Assembly (NCBI GenBank): GCA_963846575.1
Contig: CAWJWJ010000002.1
Coordinates: 2,528,001-2,592,000 of the forward strand
Direction: 5' to 3'
DNA from: an uncultured Nitrospiraceae bacterium
GTDB taxonomy: Bacteria; Nitrospirota; Nitrospiria; Nitrospirales; Nitrospiraceae
Length of the DNA stretch: 64,000 nt
Shown here piece after piece: positions 36,614 through 47,485 of the stretch (position 1 is its first letter; each line of letters begins with the position of its first letter). The notes under the pieces are model-generated. The model was not told the DNA's origin, did no database searches, and saw only the letters and a list, made by a program, of their open reading frames with translations. Position numbers and translations under genes: made by a program.

Positions 36614-37744
36614 TTATGGCGACTTGGTCGAAGTCGGGTGAGAGGCCACTTCGTGAGAAAACCTCCTGGCCAGGCACATGTCAGCGACGGCCAGGCATTC
36701 CAACCCAAATGGAAGATACCCGGCGTAACCCAGCAGCGGCATATGAAACAATTCAAACCGTTGCACGAAAGGCACCGTATATTCCCAATGAGCAAGACTG
36801 TAGAAATTCCATAGTTCCCAAAAGAATCCACAGATCAGCGCCGCAGGTGCCATGGCCCACAAGAGCCGCCGGCCGGTGGTATCCGTGGCATCAAAAATAG
36901 TCGGGTCACCCCGTATCAGCTGAATCGCGATGATCAGCAGCAGCGGCGCCACCCACACCAGAAAAAACAGATAGTCCGGCCATAGACCGAGTCCCAGCAG
37001 TCCGCCGGCCGCCCCACCCAATAGTCCCCACCCCCACCTCGCGCGATGGTTCAATACAACTGCTGGACCGGACTCGGGCCCCACTGGAATTCGTCGGGAG
37101 GTAGACAGGAGTTCAGCCGTGCCGAGCACGGCCGGCAAAACGGTGGCGAAGGGCAACGTCGCTTGCCACAGGTATTCCCAGGCAGTCAGCTCCTGGCCTC
37201 CCAGATAGTGCCAGTTTTGCACAAATCGATTCAGGTACTCGAAAGACCACCAAAAGGCAGCGCTCAAGGGAAAGAGCGACAGAAAATAGCCGGGACGATG
37301 GCGCATCATGCAACGGCCAATCCGACGACACGTCAGCGCATTCACCACGACAATGTAGCCCAGCCACAGCGGGGTAAATGTCAGGGATTGAACGGAGCGC
37401 ATCCATTCAAACCTGGTCCAGGCCAGTACCCAAGCGAAGAGCGTCCAGACAACCGCCAGCCATCCCCACCAGGGGAATGTGCCCTCTGCCGGTTTTGCAA
37501 GGGTAAAACGAGAGGTGAGACGCGAACGGCTGGCGAGATAGATTCCAATCACGCCGGCGGTCACCAGTGACAGGCACGAGAATGCCAACCAGGAAAATGG
37601 TTCATGAGTAACGGGGTGAGTGATCGGAGGGAACTCGAGATAGGGCTGGGCAGACCGTCCCGCGAGCCAGATGCCAACCAGTGGAAACAGAATGATCGCA
37701 ATCAAGACCAGCACGATGGTCATACTGCGTCTGTGCCGATGCAT
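36614..37744 (-). CDS. Hypothetical polytopic membrane protein (Trp-rich, internally duplicated)
   Basis: About 10 TM segments; repeated motif FWWSFEYLNRFVQNWHY / FFWELWNFYSLAHWEY; start uncertain. Confidence 0.7.
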   Translation of the reverse strand: MHRHRRSMTIVLVLIAIILFPLVGIWLAGRSAQPYLEFPPITHPVTHEPFSWLAFSCLSLVTAGVIGIYLASRSRLTSRFTLAKPAEGTFPWWGWLAVVWTLFAWVLAWTRFEWMRSVQSLTFTPLWLGYIVVVNALTCRRIGRCMMRHRPGYFLSLFPLSAAFWWSFEYLNRFVQNWHYLGGQELTAWEYLWQATLPFATVLPAVLGTAELLSTSRRIPVGPESGPAVVLNHRARWGWGLLGGAAGGLLGLGLWPDYLFFLVWVAPLLLIIAIQLIRGDPTIFDATDTTGRRLLWAMAPAALICGFFWELWNFYSLAHWEYTVPFVQRFELFHMPLLGYAGYLPFGLECLAVADMCLARRFSHEVASHPTSTKSP

Positions 37745-38002
37745 GGAAATTGTTTCACCCTGCGACATGGTCGGACGATTCACCGAAATAGGCGGACGCC
37801 CAGGGGACAGTTTGTCCTCCCCGGACAAGATGCGCGTCGGAACCGTACGTCCCTTCCGTCGATTATTCAAGACTGTGGTTTGTAAATGTATGGAACTTCG
37901 ACGGATCCTGGCCCCGATGATTCGTCTCACATTCCAGGCTCGTTGCTTGAAGAGCAGACGGACGGGCGCTTCGTCTTTGTATCAACGGAAAAAGGAGGTG
38001 GC

Positions 38003-38296
38003 ATGATGAGGCCTTTCATCCTGACCGGCTTTCTCGCTCTATCCGGCATAGCCCTGTCAGTTGTGGACCCCGGGAGCAGCCTGGCTTCGCTGGCCTACAC
38101 GCGGGTGAGTATCGAGGCGGTCGATGAGGCAGCTCCCAGTGTGACCTTCAGGACAACCGAGGGCCAAGTGTGGACACTTCCTGCCAGCTCGGCTGATATC
38201 CTGAAAGGGCTTCGAAAAGGTGATACCTGCAGCGTGGAACTGGATCTGGACAACCGAGTCACCAAAATCGTGCGGGTGGGCTCCCCTTCACCGTAA
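38003..38296 (+). CDS. Small exported protein (OB-fold-like)
   Basis: AAGGAGG RBS, signal peptide, I.AVD....VT...GL.KGD.C.VEL pattern. Confidence 0.6.
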   Translation: MMRPFILTGFLALSGIALSVVDPGSSLASLAYTRVSIEAVDEAAPSVTFRTTEGQVWTLPASSADILKGLRKGDTCSVELDLDNRVTKIVRVGSPSP

Positions 38297-38398
38297 GTGG
38301 GACCTCGGGCTTGGCGCCCGGAATCGAAAAATGTTACACCAAGGTCGTTACACCACAAACTAGTATTAACTGGTCGAAACTTTTACAAGAGGTGCTCC

Positions 38399-38893
38399 AT
38401 GTCACGATCATCGGTTCTGTGTCTGGCCGCGGCCTTGTTAACTGGCGCCATTCTGAGCGCGCCTCTCCACGCACAAACGAACGCTCAGTTGATAGAGAAC
38501 GGCTCAAAGGTCACACTTGAAATGACGATCAGCGTGCCCAGCGACCGTCTCATCATTCCCCCGCATAAAAGCGAATATACCCATGGCGCCAACCAGCTGA
38601 TACCAGGACTGGAACAGGCCCTCACGGGGCTGCATGAGGGTGATAAGAAACGGATTGAACTGGATGCGGACCATGCCTTCGGTCAGTACGACGCCAGTAA
38701 AAAAACCACCATCTCCCGCGCCCAGCTTCCGCAAAATATTACGGCGGGAGAAGTCACCGCGACTCCGGAGGGCCGTCCCTTTACGGTCGTTTCATTAGCA
38801 GACGATTCCGCCGTGATCGACTTCAACCATCCCCTTGCAGGGAAACAAATCGTGCTGGATGTGGTCGTGCTCGCCGTGAAGCCGCGCGCGTAA
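38399..38893 (+). CDS. FKBP-type peptidyl-prolyl isomerase (SlyD/SlpA-like) with signal peptide
   Basis: LIPGLEQALTG...GD, AFG.YD, DFNHPLAGK; GAGG RBS before ATG 38399. Confidence 0.85.
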   Translation: MSRSSVLCLAAALLTGAILSAPLHAQTNAQLIENGSKVTLEMTISVPSDRLIIPPHKSEYTHGANQLIPGLEQALTGLHEGDKKRIELDADHAFGQYDASKKTTISRAQLPQNITAGEVTATPEGRPFTVVSLADDSAVIDFNHPLAGKQIVLDVVVLAVKPRA

Positions 38894-38909
38894 ACCCATC
38901 ATCGGCTAA

Positions 38910-38957
38910 GCCGGGCGGAACCATCACAAATGGTTCTGCCCGGCCTTTCCGATTTTT
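38910..38957 (+). terminator. Stem-loop terminator after the FKBP gene
   Basis: GCCGGGCGGAACCAT-cacaa-ATGGTTCTGCCCGGC followed by a T-rich tract. Confidence 0.65.
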
Positions 38958-39309
38958 CCGGTTTCTGCTCTGCCGCCTTCCGTGAATCTCATAGCTTGAT
39001 GTTCGATACACAGCACTGGGAAGGCACCGCGCGGGGGTAGCTTCCGCTGCCAAATTCGTTGTGGTGCCGAAGCTGGAGAGGTCGAGAACGCCATTCAGCC
39101 CGGAGTCCGTCATTACCTCAGCGGCACGGGCCACACCCGTTGTTGTAGAGACTCCGGGAGCGCTCGGAGGATGTCCGGCGGTGTCGATACAGGCGGGGAA
39201 GTGCGAATCGGGATTGTCCGTCCGTACCTCCTCCCGTACGGTGGGCTTCAGTCACAATGTGCCGGCTGGATTGGAATACCGATCAGAATCGGTCCCCGTC
39301 TCCGTACCG

Positions 39310-39747
39310 TTACATCCGGCCTTCATCAATTTCGATCACATCGGCCCAGGTGGCTGCGTGGGGGAGAGAGGCCAGCGGCAGGCCGCGCTTCGTCGCGATG
39401 TCCTGGAGACGACCCTGAAAACGCTGCTTGGCCGCGTCGTCTTTCGGACCTCCGGTCAGGAGCCCCTGGGACCATTGCGCGATCTCCTGGTCGGAAGGAT
39501 TCCGTCCGTTGGCCTTGACCCAGGCTAACAACGCCTCATCGCTCCCGCCTGTCAACACCTGCGCCTCAAAGGCCTTGGCATCGATCTGCAAAAAGTCGAT
39601 CAGGTACTTATCAAACCCGACCGTGACGTAGTTGTAATCCTGAATCTTGCCCGCGTGCCGCAGGCGGACTTTATCGATAAATCGCCCGAGATGCGCGATG
39701 CCGCCAAGGAGCACTTTGGGACTGCGGGGGTACTGTTGGTTCGACAT
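39310..39747 (-). CDS. DUF5069-like protein
   Basis: YPRSP...LGG..HLGR.IDK.RL...G....Y, FL.ID, C-terminal DEGR. Confidence 0.7.
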   Translation of the reverse strand: MSNQQYPRSPKVLLGGIAHLGRFIDKVRLRHAGKIQDYNYVTVGFDKYLIDFLQIDAKAFEAQVLTGGSDEALLAWVKANGRNPSDQEIAQWSQGLLTGGPKDDAAKQRFQGRLQDIATKRGLPLASLPHAATWADVIEIDEGRM

Positions 39748-40098
39748 CAATACAATCCTTCTCAAACCTTTTCAAGATGAAACATGAAGTGGCCTGTATT
39801 CTCTACTACGGAGGATACCCCCTCCAGCTGCTCTATCAATTCGGCCCCCTGCGAGCCGCTCCTCCCTCGACATCGTGCCCAGATCAGGGAAGGCGGACTG
39901 TGACTGACGTACCGGTTTTGTTTCATGAGCGTACCGCAGCTCGTGACTTCGTACACGTTACCTGCCTGTCGTGGAATGAAGAGGTTGCACTTGAAGACTA
40001 CGACCTAAAGAATTCCAGAAGGCCCATGTCAGTCAGTAGGAGAAAGCGGTGCGCTGCGAGCGCCGCAGACGGGAGAGAAACTGACTCATCGGTCAGGT

Positions 40099-41535
40099 TT
40101 ACGAAACTGACTTCTTCGCCAACTTATTGGCCTGCAGGTACTTGTCGACCCCTGCCGCCATCTTCCGTCCTTCGGCGATGGCCCAGACGATGAGCGAGGC
40201 GCCCCGCTTCGTGTCGCCGCCGGCAAAGACCCCGTCGAGGTTGGTCATGAAGTTGTCATCGACGGTCACACAGCCGCGCACATCATAAGTGACGCCAAGA
40301 CTGTCCAGGAAACCGTTTCGCACCGGCCCGGTGAAGCCCATGGCGAGCAACACGAGATCCGCGTCCATCTCAAACTCCGTGTTCGGCATCGGCACAAACT
40401 TCCCGCCTTCGAACTTGACCCGATTGGCATGGAGCTTGGTGACATGGCCGTTGTGGCCGGTAAATCTGGTAGTGGACACACTCCACTGCCGATTGCAGCC
40501 TTCTTCATGGGCATGCGACGTGCGGAGCTGCATGGGCCAGAGCGGCCAGGGTGTGGATGTCGCCCGCGACGGCGGCGGCTCGGGCAATACTTCGAACTGA
40601 TGCGCTTCGGTGCAACCCTGGCGATGCGCCGTGCCTAGACAGTCAGATCCGGTATCACCGCCGCCAATGATAATAACCCGTTTGCCTTTGGCAGTAATCG
40701 GTTCGTCGGAGACGGAAATGCCGGCCGTACGCTTATTTTGCTGGGTGAGATATTCCATGGCGTAGTGGACACCCTTCAGCTCGCGTCCGGGCACGGGCAG
40801 GTCGCGCGCCAATTCGGCACCCATCGTCAGACCAACCGCATCAAATTGCGCCCGTAGTTGCTCGGCGGTGAGGTCCTTACCGACGGTGACACCGCACTTG
40901 AACTCGACGCCCTCGGCCCTCATCTGCTCCAGCCGCCGGTCGATGACCCACTTTTCCATCTTGAAGTCGGGAATGCCGTAGCGTAGCAACCCGCCGATGC
41001 GATCGCCCTTTTCGAACACCGTCACGCTGTGACCAGCCCGCGCCAGCTGCTGGGCAGCGGCGAGGCCGGCGGGACCGGACCCGACGATCGCGACGGTTTT
41101 ACCGGTCTTTCTGACCGGCATGGCCGGCTCGACGAAGCCTTCGTTGAAACCACGGTCGATGATGTTCCATTCGAGCACGCGGATCGAGACGGGATCACTG
41201 TTGATCCCCAACACACAAGCCCCTTCGCAGGGAGCAGGGCAGAGGCGACCGGTGAACTCGGGGAAGTTATTAGTGGTGTGCAGGGCTTTCAGGGCATCTT
41301 TCCAGCGCCCTCGATAGACCAGATCGTTCCATTCGGGAATCAGGTTGACGACGGGACAACCGGTATTGCCTTGGCAAAACGGCACGCCACAGTCCATGCA
41401 ACGAGCGCCCTGGATCTTGAGCTTGTCCTCCGGAATGGGCTCGTACATTTCCTTCCAATCGAGCACTCGCAGCTCAACCGGTTTCCGCTTCGGTCCCTCA
41501 CGCGCGTATTTTAAAAAGCCCTTTGGATCACCCAT
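40099..41535 (-). CDS. gltD: Glutamate synthase small subunit
   Basis: RCMDCGVPFC...GCP, NNFPEFTGRLCPAPCEGAC, GSGPAGL, GGGDTGSDC. Confidence 0.96.
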   Translation of the reverse strand: MGDPKGFLKYAREGPKRKPVELRVLDWKEMYEPIPEDKLKIQGARCMDCGVPFCQGNTGCPVVNLIPEWNDLVYRGRWKDALKALHTTNNFPEFTGRLCPAPCEGACVLGINSDPVSIRVLEWNIIDRGFNEGFVEPAMPVRKTGKTVAIVGSGPAGLAAAQQLARAGHSVTVFEKGDRIGGLLRYGIPDFKMEKWVIDRRLEQMRAEGVEFKCGVTVGKDLTAEQLRAQFDAVGLTMGAELARDLPVPGRELKGVHYAMEYLTQQNKRTAGISVSDEPITAKGKRVIIIGGGDTGSDCLGTAHRQGCTEAHQFEVLPEPPPSRATSTPWPLWPMQLRTSHAHEEGCNRQWSVSTTRFTGHNGHVTKLHANRVKFEGGKFVPMPNTEFEMDADLVLLAMGFTGPVRNGFLDSLGVTYDVRGCVTVDDNFMTNLDGVFAGGDTKRGASLIVWAIAEGRKMAAGVDKYLQANKLAKKSVS

Positions 41536-41595
41536 CGCTTATTCGTCTCTCATTATTCTGCCTTCGTCTCTCGCGGGCCCGTGGTCTCTTCTGTT

Positions 41596-44500
41596 CTACT
41601 TCGCAACCTTGGCGGCGGCCGCCTTGCGCTCCGCCAGTACCCGCTTGTAATCGATCGGCATGACCTTCACAAATTTCGGCAGCATGAGATCCCACGTATC
41701 GAGAATGCGTTTCGCGTTCCGACTACCGGTGTAGAGGAAATGCGAGGTGATCATTTCGTGTAGCAGCTTCTTGTCGTCCTCGGTCGTGACCTGCTCCAAT
41801 TCGACCATGCCGAGGTTGCACCGCGACTGGAATTTATCCAACTCGTTGAGTACAAATGCGACGCCGCCCGACATGCCCGCGGCGAAATTCCTTCCGGTCC
41901 GGCCCAAGACCGCCACGACCCCGCCGGTCATATATTCGCACCCGTGATCGCCCGTGCCTTCGACGACCGCACGCACGCCGCTGTTCCGTACGGCAAACCG
42001 TTCGCCCGCCATACCGTAAAAGTAGGCTTCGCCTTGAGTCCCGCCGTAGAGCGAGGTGTTCCCGACCAGGATGGTCTCCTCCGGAGTATAGATAGCGTTC
42101 TTCGGTGGGTACACAATGATCTTCCCGCCCGACAAACCCTTGCCGATGTAATCGTTCGACTCCCCTTCGAGAATCAAGGTCATGCCGCGCGAGAGAAATG
42201 CCCCGAAAGACTGTCCAGCCGAGCCGGAGAACTTGATGGTGATCGTGTCGGGCGGCAACCCGTCCAAGCCGTACTTCTTGGCGATCCTGCTGGACAACAT
42301 CGTTCCGACCGTCCGGTTGAGGTTCCTGATCGGCAGGTCGAGCGTCACCTTTTCACCGCGATCAATCGCCGGCTGGCAAAGTTCGATCAGCTTGCGATCC
42401 AGGATCTCCGCGATACCGTGATCCTGCTTTTGCACACAATACCGCGGCACTTCCGGGCCGACCTCGGGCATTCTGAGGAGCGGCGTCAAATCGAGCCCCT
42501 TCGCCTTCCAATGCTCCACGGCTTTTTGAATCTTCAGTTTATCCACGCGGCCGACCATTTCATTAATGGTGCGAAATCCGAGCTTCGCCATGATCTGCCG
42601 CAATTCTTCAGCGATGAAGAAAAAGAAGTTCACGACATGTTCCGGCTGCCCGTTGAATTTCTTGCGCAACAGCGGATCCTGCGTCGCGATCCCGACGGGG
42701 CAGGTATTGAGGTGACACTTCCGCATCATGATGCAACCTTCGACGATGAGGGGTGCGGTCGCAAACCCGTATTCTTCAGCGCCCAGGAGCGCCGCGATCG
42801 CGACATCGCGCCCGGTCTTCATCTGTCCGTCGGTTTCAACACGGATGCGGCCCCGCAAGTCATTGAGCACCAGCGTCTGATGCGTTTCCGCCAATCCCAA
42901 TTCCCACGGCACCCCGGCATACTTGATAGACGACAAGGGAGAGGCGCCGGTTCCGCCTGAGTCACCGCTGATCAGCACTTTGTCCGCATGGGCCTTCGCC
43001 ACACCGGCCGCAACCGTGCCGACGCCGACTTCTGACACCAGCTTGACCGACACCGCCGCGTCGGAATTGGCATTCTTCAAGTCAAAGATCAATTGTGCCA
43101 GATCTTCAATGGAGTAGATGTCGTGGTGCGGCGGTGGCGAAATGAGCTGCACGCCGGGCGTCGCGTACCGGAGCCGCGCGATGTTTTCATCGACCTTGTG
43201 GCCGGGCAGCTGACCGCCTTCACCCGGTTTGGCCCCCTGCGCCATCTTGATTTGCAGTTCCTTGGCGTTCACCAGGTAATGGCTCGTGACTCCGAACCGC
43301 GCTGACGCGACCTGCTTGATGTAACTGTTTCTCGAATCACCATTCGGAAGGGCCTCGAACCGTTCGGGATCTTCGCCCCCTTCGCCGGTGTTGCTCTTGG
43401 CCCCCAACCGGTTCATGGCAATGGCCAGCGTCTCGTGCGCTTCCTTGCTGATCGACCCGAACGACATGGCGCCGGTGGTGAATCGCTTCACGATATCCTT
43501 GGCTGACTCCACTTCCTCCAGCGGAATCGCCTCGGGCAAAAACTTGAAATCGAGCAGACCGCGCAGGTTCGACCGCCGCTTGCTCTCGTCGTTCACTAAT
43601 TGCGAGAACTCGGCGAAGGTTTTCGGGTCATTTTTCTGAGTCGCATGCTGGAGTTTATAGATTGTGTCGGGATTCCAATTGTGATGTTCACCCTGAATGC
43701 GATAATGGATCTCGCCGCCGAAATCCAACTGCCGGATCGGGGCGGGCTCGTAGGCCACCCGATGCCGCCGCAACGATTCTTCGCCGATCTCGCGGATGCT
43801 GATCCCTTCCAGCCGCGACGGGGTCCCGGTGAAATAACGATCGACCAGTTCATGGTTCAGTCCGATGGCTTCGAAAATCTGCGCGCCGCAGTAGGACTGA
43901 ACGGTCGAAATCCCCATCTTGGAGAAAATCTTCAGGAGGCCTTTGTTGATCGCCTTGATGAACTTGCCTTCCGCGGTCGGCGCATCCAGACCTTCAGGGA
44001 AATAGCCGTCACGCTCCATGTCCACGAGCGACTCGAATACCAGATAGGGGTTCACCGTTCCGGCGCCGAAACCGATGAGGCAGGCGAAGTGATGCACGTC
44101 GCGCGGCTCGCCGGTTTCGACGGTTAGTCCCACTTCGGTTCTCGTGCATTCGCGCACCAGATGATGATGCACCGCCGCCACGCCGAGCAGGCTGGGGATC
44201 GGCGCGTAGTCTTCGTTGACACCCCGGTCGCTGAGGATCAGGAACTTATACCCTTCGCGAATCGCCTGTGACGCCTGCCTGCACAAATCGTCCACCGCCG
44301 CGCCAAGACCCTCCGGCCCTTCGGCCACGCGGAACAGCATCCTGAGCGTCTTGCTCTTGAAATTGGGATCGTTGATCTCGCGGATCTTCTGCAGATCGGC
44401 GTTGGTCAGGATGGGCTGCTTCACCCGGATGCGTCGGCAGGACTCCGGATGTTCGTCCATAAGATTAGGTTTCGGGCCGATGCTGGTCGTGAGCGACATC

Positions 44501-46116
44501 ACGAGTTCTTCGCGAATCGGATCGATCGGCGGATTGGTCACCTGGGCAAAGAGTTGCTTGAAGTATTTGAACAGGAGTTGCGGCCGTTCGGACAGGACTG
44601 CGAGCGGCGTATCCGTGCCCATGGAGGAGATGGCTTCCTGCCCTTCCACGACCATCGGCGTGATCACCATCTTCAGCTCTTCCACGGTATAGCCGAATGC
44701 CTGCTGACGCTGTCGTATCGTGGGATGGTCCGGCTGCGGCACATTGATGGGATCCGGCAACTCATCGAGCGAGATCCGGTATTGCGCCACCCAGGAACGG
44801 TAGGGTTTGCGCTGAACGATATCCGCCTTCACTTCTTCATCGTCGATGATACGGCCCAGTTCGGTGTCCACCAGAAACATGCGACCCGGCATCAAGCGGC
44901 CCTTCTGACGAATTCTCTGCGGATCCATCGGAAGGACGCCCGCCTCGGAAGCGAGCACCACGAGGCCGTCGGTCGTCACCTGATAGCGACAAGGACGAAG
45001 TCCATTTCGATCCAGCGTCGCGCCGATCAGCTTGCCGTCGGTAAAACAGACGGCTGCGGGCCCGTCCCAGGGTTCCTGCATGGCAGCGTGATACTCGTAG
45101 AATCCTCGACGATCCAGATCCATTTGCGAGTTGGCCACCCAGGGCTCAGGGATCAACATCATCATGGCGTGAGGCAGCGACCGGCCGCCGAGCACCAGAA
45201 ATTCCAGGGCATTGTCCAGACAAGCCGAATCGCTTTGATTCTCGGACACGATAGGAAATAGTTTCTGCATGTCCTCGCCGAACAGCTCGGTGTTCAGCCG
45301 GCCTTGGCGCGCACGCATCCAGTTCACGTTCCCCTTTAACGTATTGATCTCGCCGTTGTGGCAAATGTACCGATAGGGATGGGCCAACGGCCAGGTGGGA
45401 AACGTGTTCGTGCTGAAGCGGGCATGCACCAGTGCCAGCGCGCTGGTCAGGTTGCTATCGGAGAGGTCCTGATAATACTGCGGAATCTGATGCGGGAGCA
45501 GCAGCCCTTTATAGACGATCGTATTGCTGGAGAGGCTCGAGATATAGAAGTACTCACGTCCTTCGATGGCGGATTCGCGGATGGCCCGCTCGACACACTT
45601 TCGAATGACGTAGAGCCGCCGCTCGAATTCCTCGTCCGTAAAGATCCCCCGCGCGATGAACACCTGCCGCATGAAGGGTTCGGTGGTGCGTGCCAGGTCA
45701 CCGATCGCGTCACTCTTGACCGGCACATCGCGCCAACCGAGGAGCTTGGCGCCTTCGGCTTTGATCACGCGGGCGAAGACGGTCTCGCACTGTTTCCGGG
45801 CATCGGCATCAGGCGGCAGGAACAGCATGCCCACGCCGTACTCTCCGGCACCGGGCAACTTGATCCCGATATCCTTCGCAACCCGCTTGAAGAACTCGTG
45901 CGGGACTTGAAGCAGAATACCGACGCCGTCACCGGTGCAGGGATCACAACCTTGCGCCCCGCGATGAGCCAGGTTTTCCAAGACCTGCAGCCCCTGCTGC
46001 ACGATCAGATGGGACTTCTGTCCCTTGATGTCGACGACAAACCCGACCCCGCACGAATCTTTTTCATGCTGCGGATCGTATAACCCCTGTTTGGAGGGAA
46101 GCCCTGGTATATTCAT
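41596..46116 (-). CDS. gltB: Glutamate synthase large subunit
   Basis: EKDS-CGVG propeptide/Cys1, [49 protein letters not shown]; start trimmed to 46116. Confidence 0.97.
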   Translation of the reverse strand: MNIPGLPSKQGLYDPQHEKDSCGVGFVVDIKGQKSHLIVQQGLQVLENLAHRGAQGCDPCTGDGVGILLQVPHEFFKRVAKDIGIKLPGAGEYGVGMLFLPPDADARKQCETVFARVIKAEGAKLLGWRDVPVKSDAIGDLARTTEPFMRQVFIARGIFTDEEFERRLYVIRKCVERAIRESAIEGREYFYISSLSSNTIVYKGLLLPHQIPQYYQDLSDSNLTSALALVHARFSTNTFPTWPLAHPYRYICHNGEINTLKGNVNWMRARQGRLNTELFGEDMQKLFPIVSENQSDSACLDNALEFLVLGGRSLPHAMMMLIPEPWVANSQMDLDRRGFYEYHAAMQEPWDGPAAVCFTDGKLIGATLDRNGLRPCRYQVTTDGLVVLASEAGVLPMDPQRIRQKGRLMPGRMFLVDTELGRIIDDEEVKADIVQRKPYRSWVAQYRISLDELPDPINVPQPDHPTIRQRQQAFGYTVEELKMVITPMVVEGQEAISSMGTDTPLAVLSERPQLLFKYFKQLFAQVTNPPIDPIREELVMSLTTSIGPKPNLMDEHPESCRRIRVKQPILTNADLQKIREINDPNFKSKTLRMLFRVAEGPEGLGAAVDDLCRQASQAIREGYKFLILSDRGVNEDYAPIPSLLGVAAVHHHLVRECTRTEVGLTVETGEPRDVHHFACLIGFGAGTVNPYLVFESLVDMERDGYFPEGLDAPTAEGKFIKAINKGLLKIFSKMGISTVQSYCGAQIFEAIGLNHELVDRYFTGTPSRLEGISIREIGEESLRRHRVAYEPAPIRQLDFGGEIHYRIQGEHHNWNPDTIYKLQHATQKNDPKTFAEFSQLVNDESKRRSNLRGLLDFKFLPEAIPLEEVESAKDIVKRFTTGAMSFGSISKEAHETLAIAMNRLGAKSNTGEGGEDPERFEALPNGDSRNSYIKQVASARFGVTSHYLVNAKELQIKMAQGAKPGEGGQLPGHKVDENIARLRYATPGVQLISPPPHHDIYSIEDLAQLIFDLKNANSDAAVSVKLVSEVGVGTVAAGVAKAHADKVLISGDSGGTGASPLSSIKYAGVPWELGLAETHQTLVLNDLRGRIRVETDGQMKTGRDVAIAALLGAEEYGFATAPLIVEGCIMMRKCHLNTCPVGIATQDPLLRKKFNGQPEHVVNFFFFIAEELRQIMAKLGFRTINEMVGRVDKLKIQKAVEHWKAKGLDLTPLLRMPEVGPEVPRYCVQKQDHGIAEILDRKLIELCQPAIDRGEKVTLDLPIRNLNRTVGTMLSSRIAKKYGLDGLPPDTITIKFSGSAGQSFGAFLSRGMTLILEGESNDYIGKGLSGGKIIVYPPKNAIYTPEETILVGNTSLYGGTQGEAYFYGMAGERFAVRNSGVRAVVEGTGDHGCEYMTGGVVAVLGRTGRNFAAGMSGGVAFVLNELDKFQSRCNLGMVELEQVTTEDDKKLLHEMITSHFLYTGSRNAKRILDTWDLMLPKFVKVMPIDYKRVLAERKAAAAKVAK

Positions 46117-46353
46117 GGCACGTATTCTCGTCTTAATCAGGCAGGTAATGACCCGGGGAACAGAATCCCCACAGGGGGGCGTTGCAGCTGGCAAACGACC
46201 ACAGTGACTACTACCACTCTTGTGAGGAAATAAATGAGAAGTCACCTTACTGGATGAGCCGCGAAACTGTCAAGAGAACGGCGATCCGATCAGCGTCCCA
46301 ATTGATAGACCGGCGCTTGACTTAGTAGAGTTTCCTGCCCTACTATCCGCCCC

Positions 46354-47358
46354 ATGTCGAACGGACCGACCACCCTTACTCTCCACAGCATGGCCGATGT
46401 GTGGGATGTCTATCGCGAGGAGTTGGAGGGGGTCGAAGAACAGATCAAAAAAAACCTCGACTCCAGCGTCGCCCTGGTCAATACCGTCGCCGCCCACATA
46501 CTTAACAGCGGCGGCAAACGCATCAGACCCCTCTTCGTGCTCCTCAGCGCCCATCTGTGCGGATACGCCGGACGCGATCATCAAACTCTCGGCAGCCTGG
46601 TCGAATTCATACATACCGCCACTCTCTTGCACGACGATGTCGTCGATGAAGCCGATCTCCGTCGAGGCCGCCGGACGGCGAGCAAAGTCTGGGGCAACCA
46701 GATCAGCATCCTGGTCGGGGATTACCTCTACTCACGAGCCATCTGCCAGATCGTCGACTTCCGCAATCAAGGCATCAACGAAGCACTCTCCGAGGCCTGC
46801 CGGAAAATGGCCGAAGGCGAAGTCCTGCAGTTGTACTACAACGGCAATCCCCTGATGCCGGAACCGGAATATCTGCGCATCATTGAACATAAGACGGCCG
46901 GATTGATTGCGGCATCCTGCAAAATCGGCGCGATCGTCGGTGGGGCCACGGAAGAGTTACAGGAGGCGTTGTTCCGGTTCGGGCAGCGACTGGGCATTGC
47001 GTTCCAACTGGCGGACGATACCCTGGACTATGCCGCCAACGGCGAGCACCTGGGCAAGACGCTCGGGCAGGACCTGCGGCAAGGGAAAGCAACCCTGCCG
47101 TTACTGCATCTCTTGCAGCATTGCTCGGAGCACGATCGGCAGTTGATCAAGGATCGAATGGAGACCCGGACTTTGAGCGACGAAGAACTTCGCCGCATCG
47201 TTACTCTGATGCAGGAGTATGGGTCCATCGCCTACGCCATGGAGCGGGCACGCGCCTTCGTCGCGGCAGCCAAGCGCGATCTCGACCTCTTCCACGACAA
47301 CACTGCGAAGCGAGCTCTGTCCATCGCCGCCGATTACATGGTGACTCGCGACCGCTGA
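46354..47358 (+). CDS. ispB: Polyprenyl diphosphate synthase (IspB-like)
   Basis: GGKRIRP, LHDDVVD..RRG, GDYL, KTA, FQLADD.LD, GK..G.DL..GK.TLP. Confidence 0.88.
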   Translation: MSNGPTTLTLHSMADVWDVYREELEGVEEQIKKNLDSSVALVNTVAAHILNSGGKRIRPLFVLLSAHLCGYAGRDHQTLGSLVEFIHTATLLHDDVVDEADLRRGRRTASKVWGNQISILVGDYLYSRAICQIVDFRNQGINEALSEACRKMAEGEVLQLYYNGNPLMPEPEYLRIIEHKTAGLIAASCKIGAIVGGATEELQEALFRFGQRLGIAFQLADDTLDYAANGEHLGKTLGQDLRQGKATLPLLHLLQHCSEHDRQLIKDRMETRTLSDEELRRIVTLMQEYGSIAYAMERARAFVAAAKRDLDLFHDNTAKRALSIAADYMVTRDR

Positions 47359-47485
47359 GTCGCCGCCGCTCGACTTCACAACGCCCACGTTATGCTGATA
47401 GACACACTGGTGCAGCGACAACTCGGCTCGCCGCCGGGCGGACAGGACCACACCGCACCCACGAGAGAAAAGGACAACAATCTGT

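Noticed and set aside
41944..46083. Long plus-strand ORFs (e.g. 338, 270 and 241 aa) opposite gltB; similar ones opposite mutL, cpoB and mrp
   Set aside because: Antisense shadow ORFs expected from GC-rich codon bias; no recognisable motifs.
46117..46245. Glutamine (glnA-type) riboswitch or N-terminal extension in the gltB leader
   Set aside because: Only a short CGTT...GCAACG resemblance without the three-way junction core; the ORF extension is simply in-frame 5' UTR.
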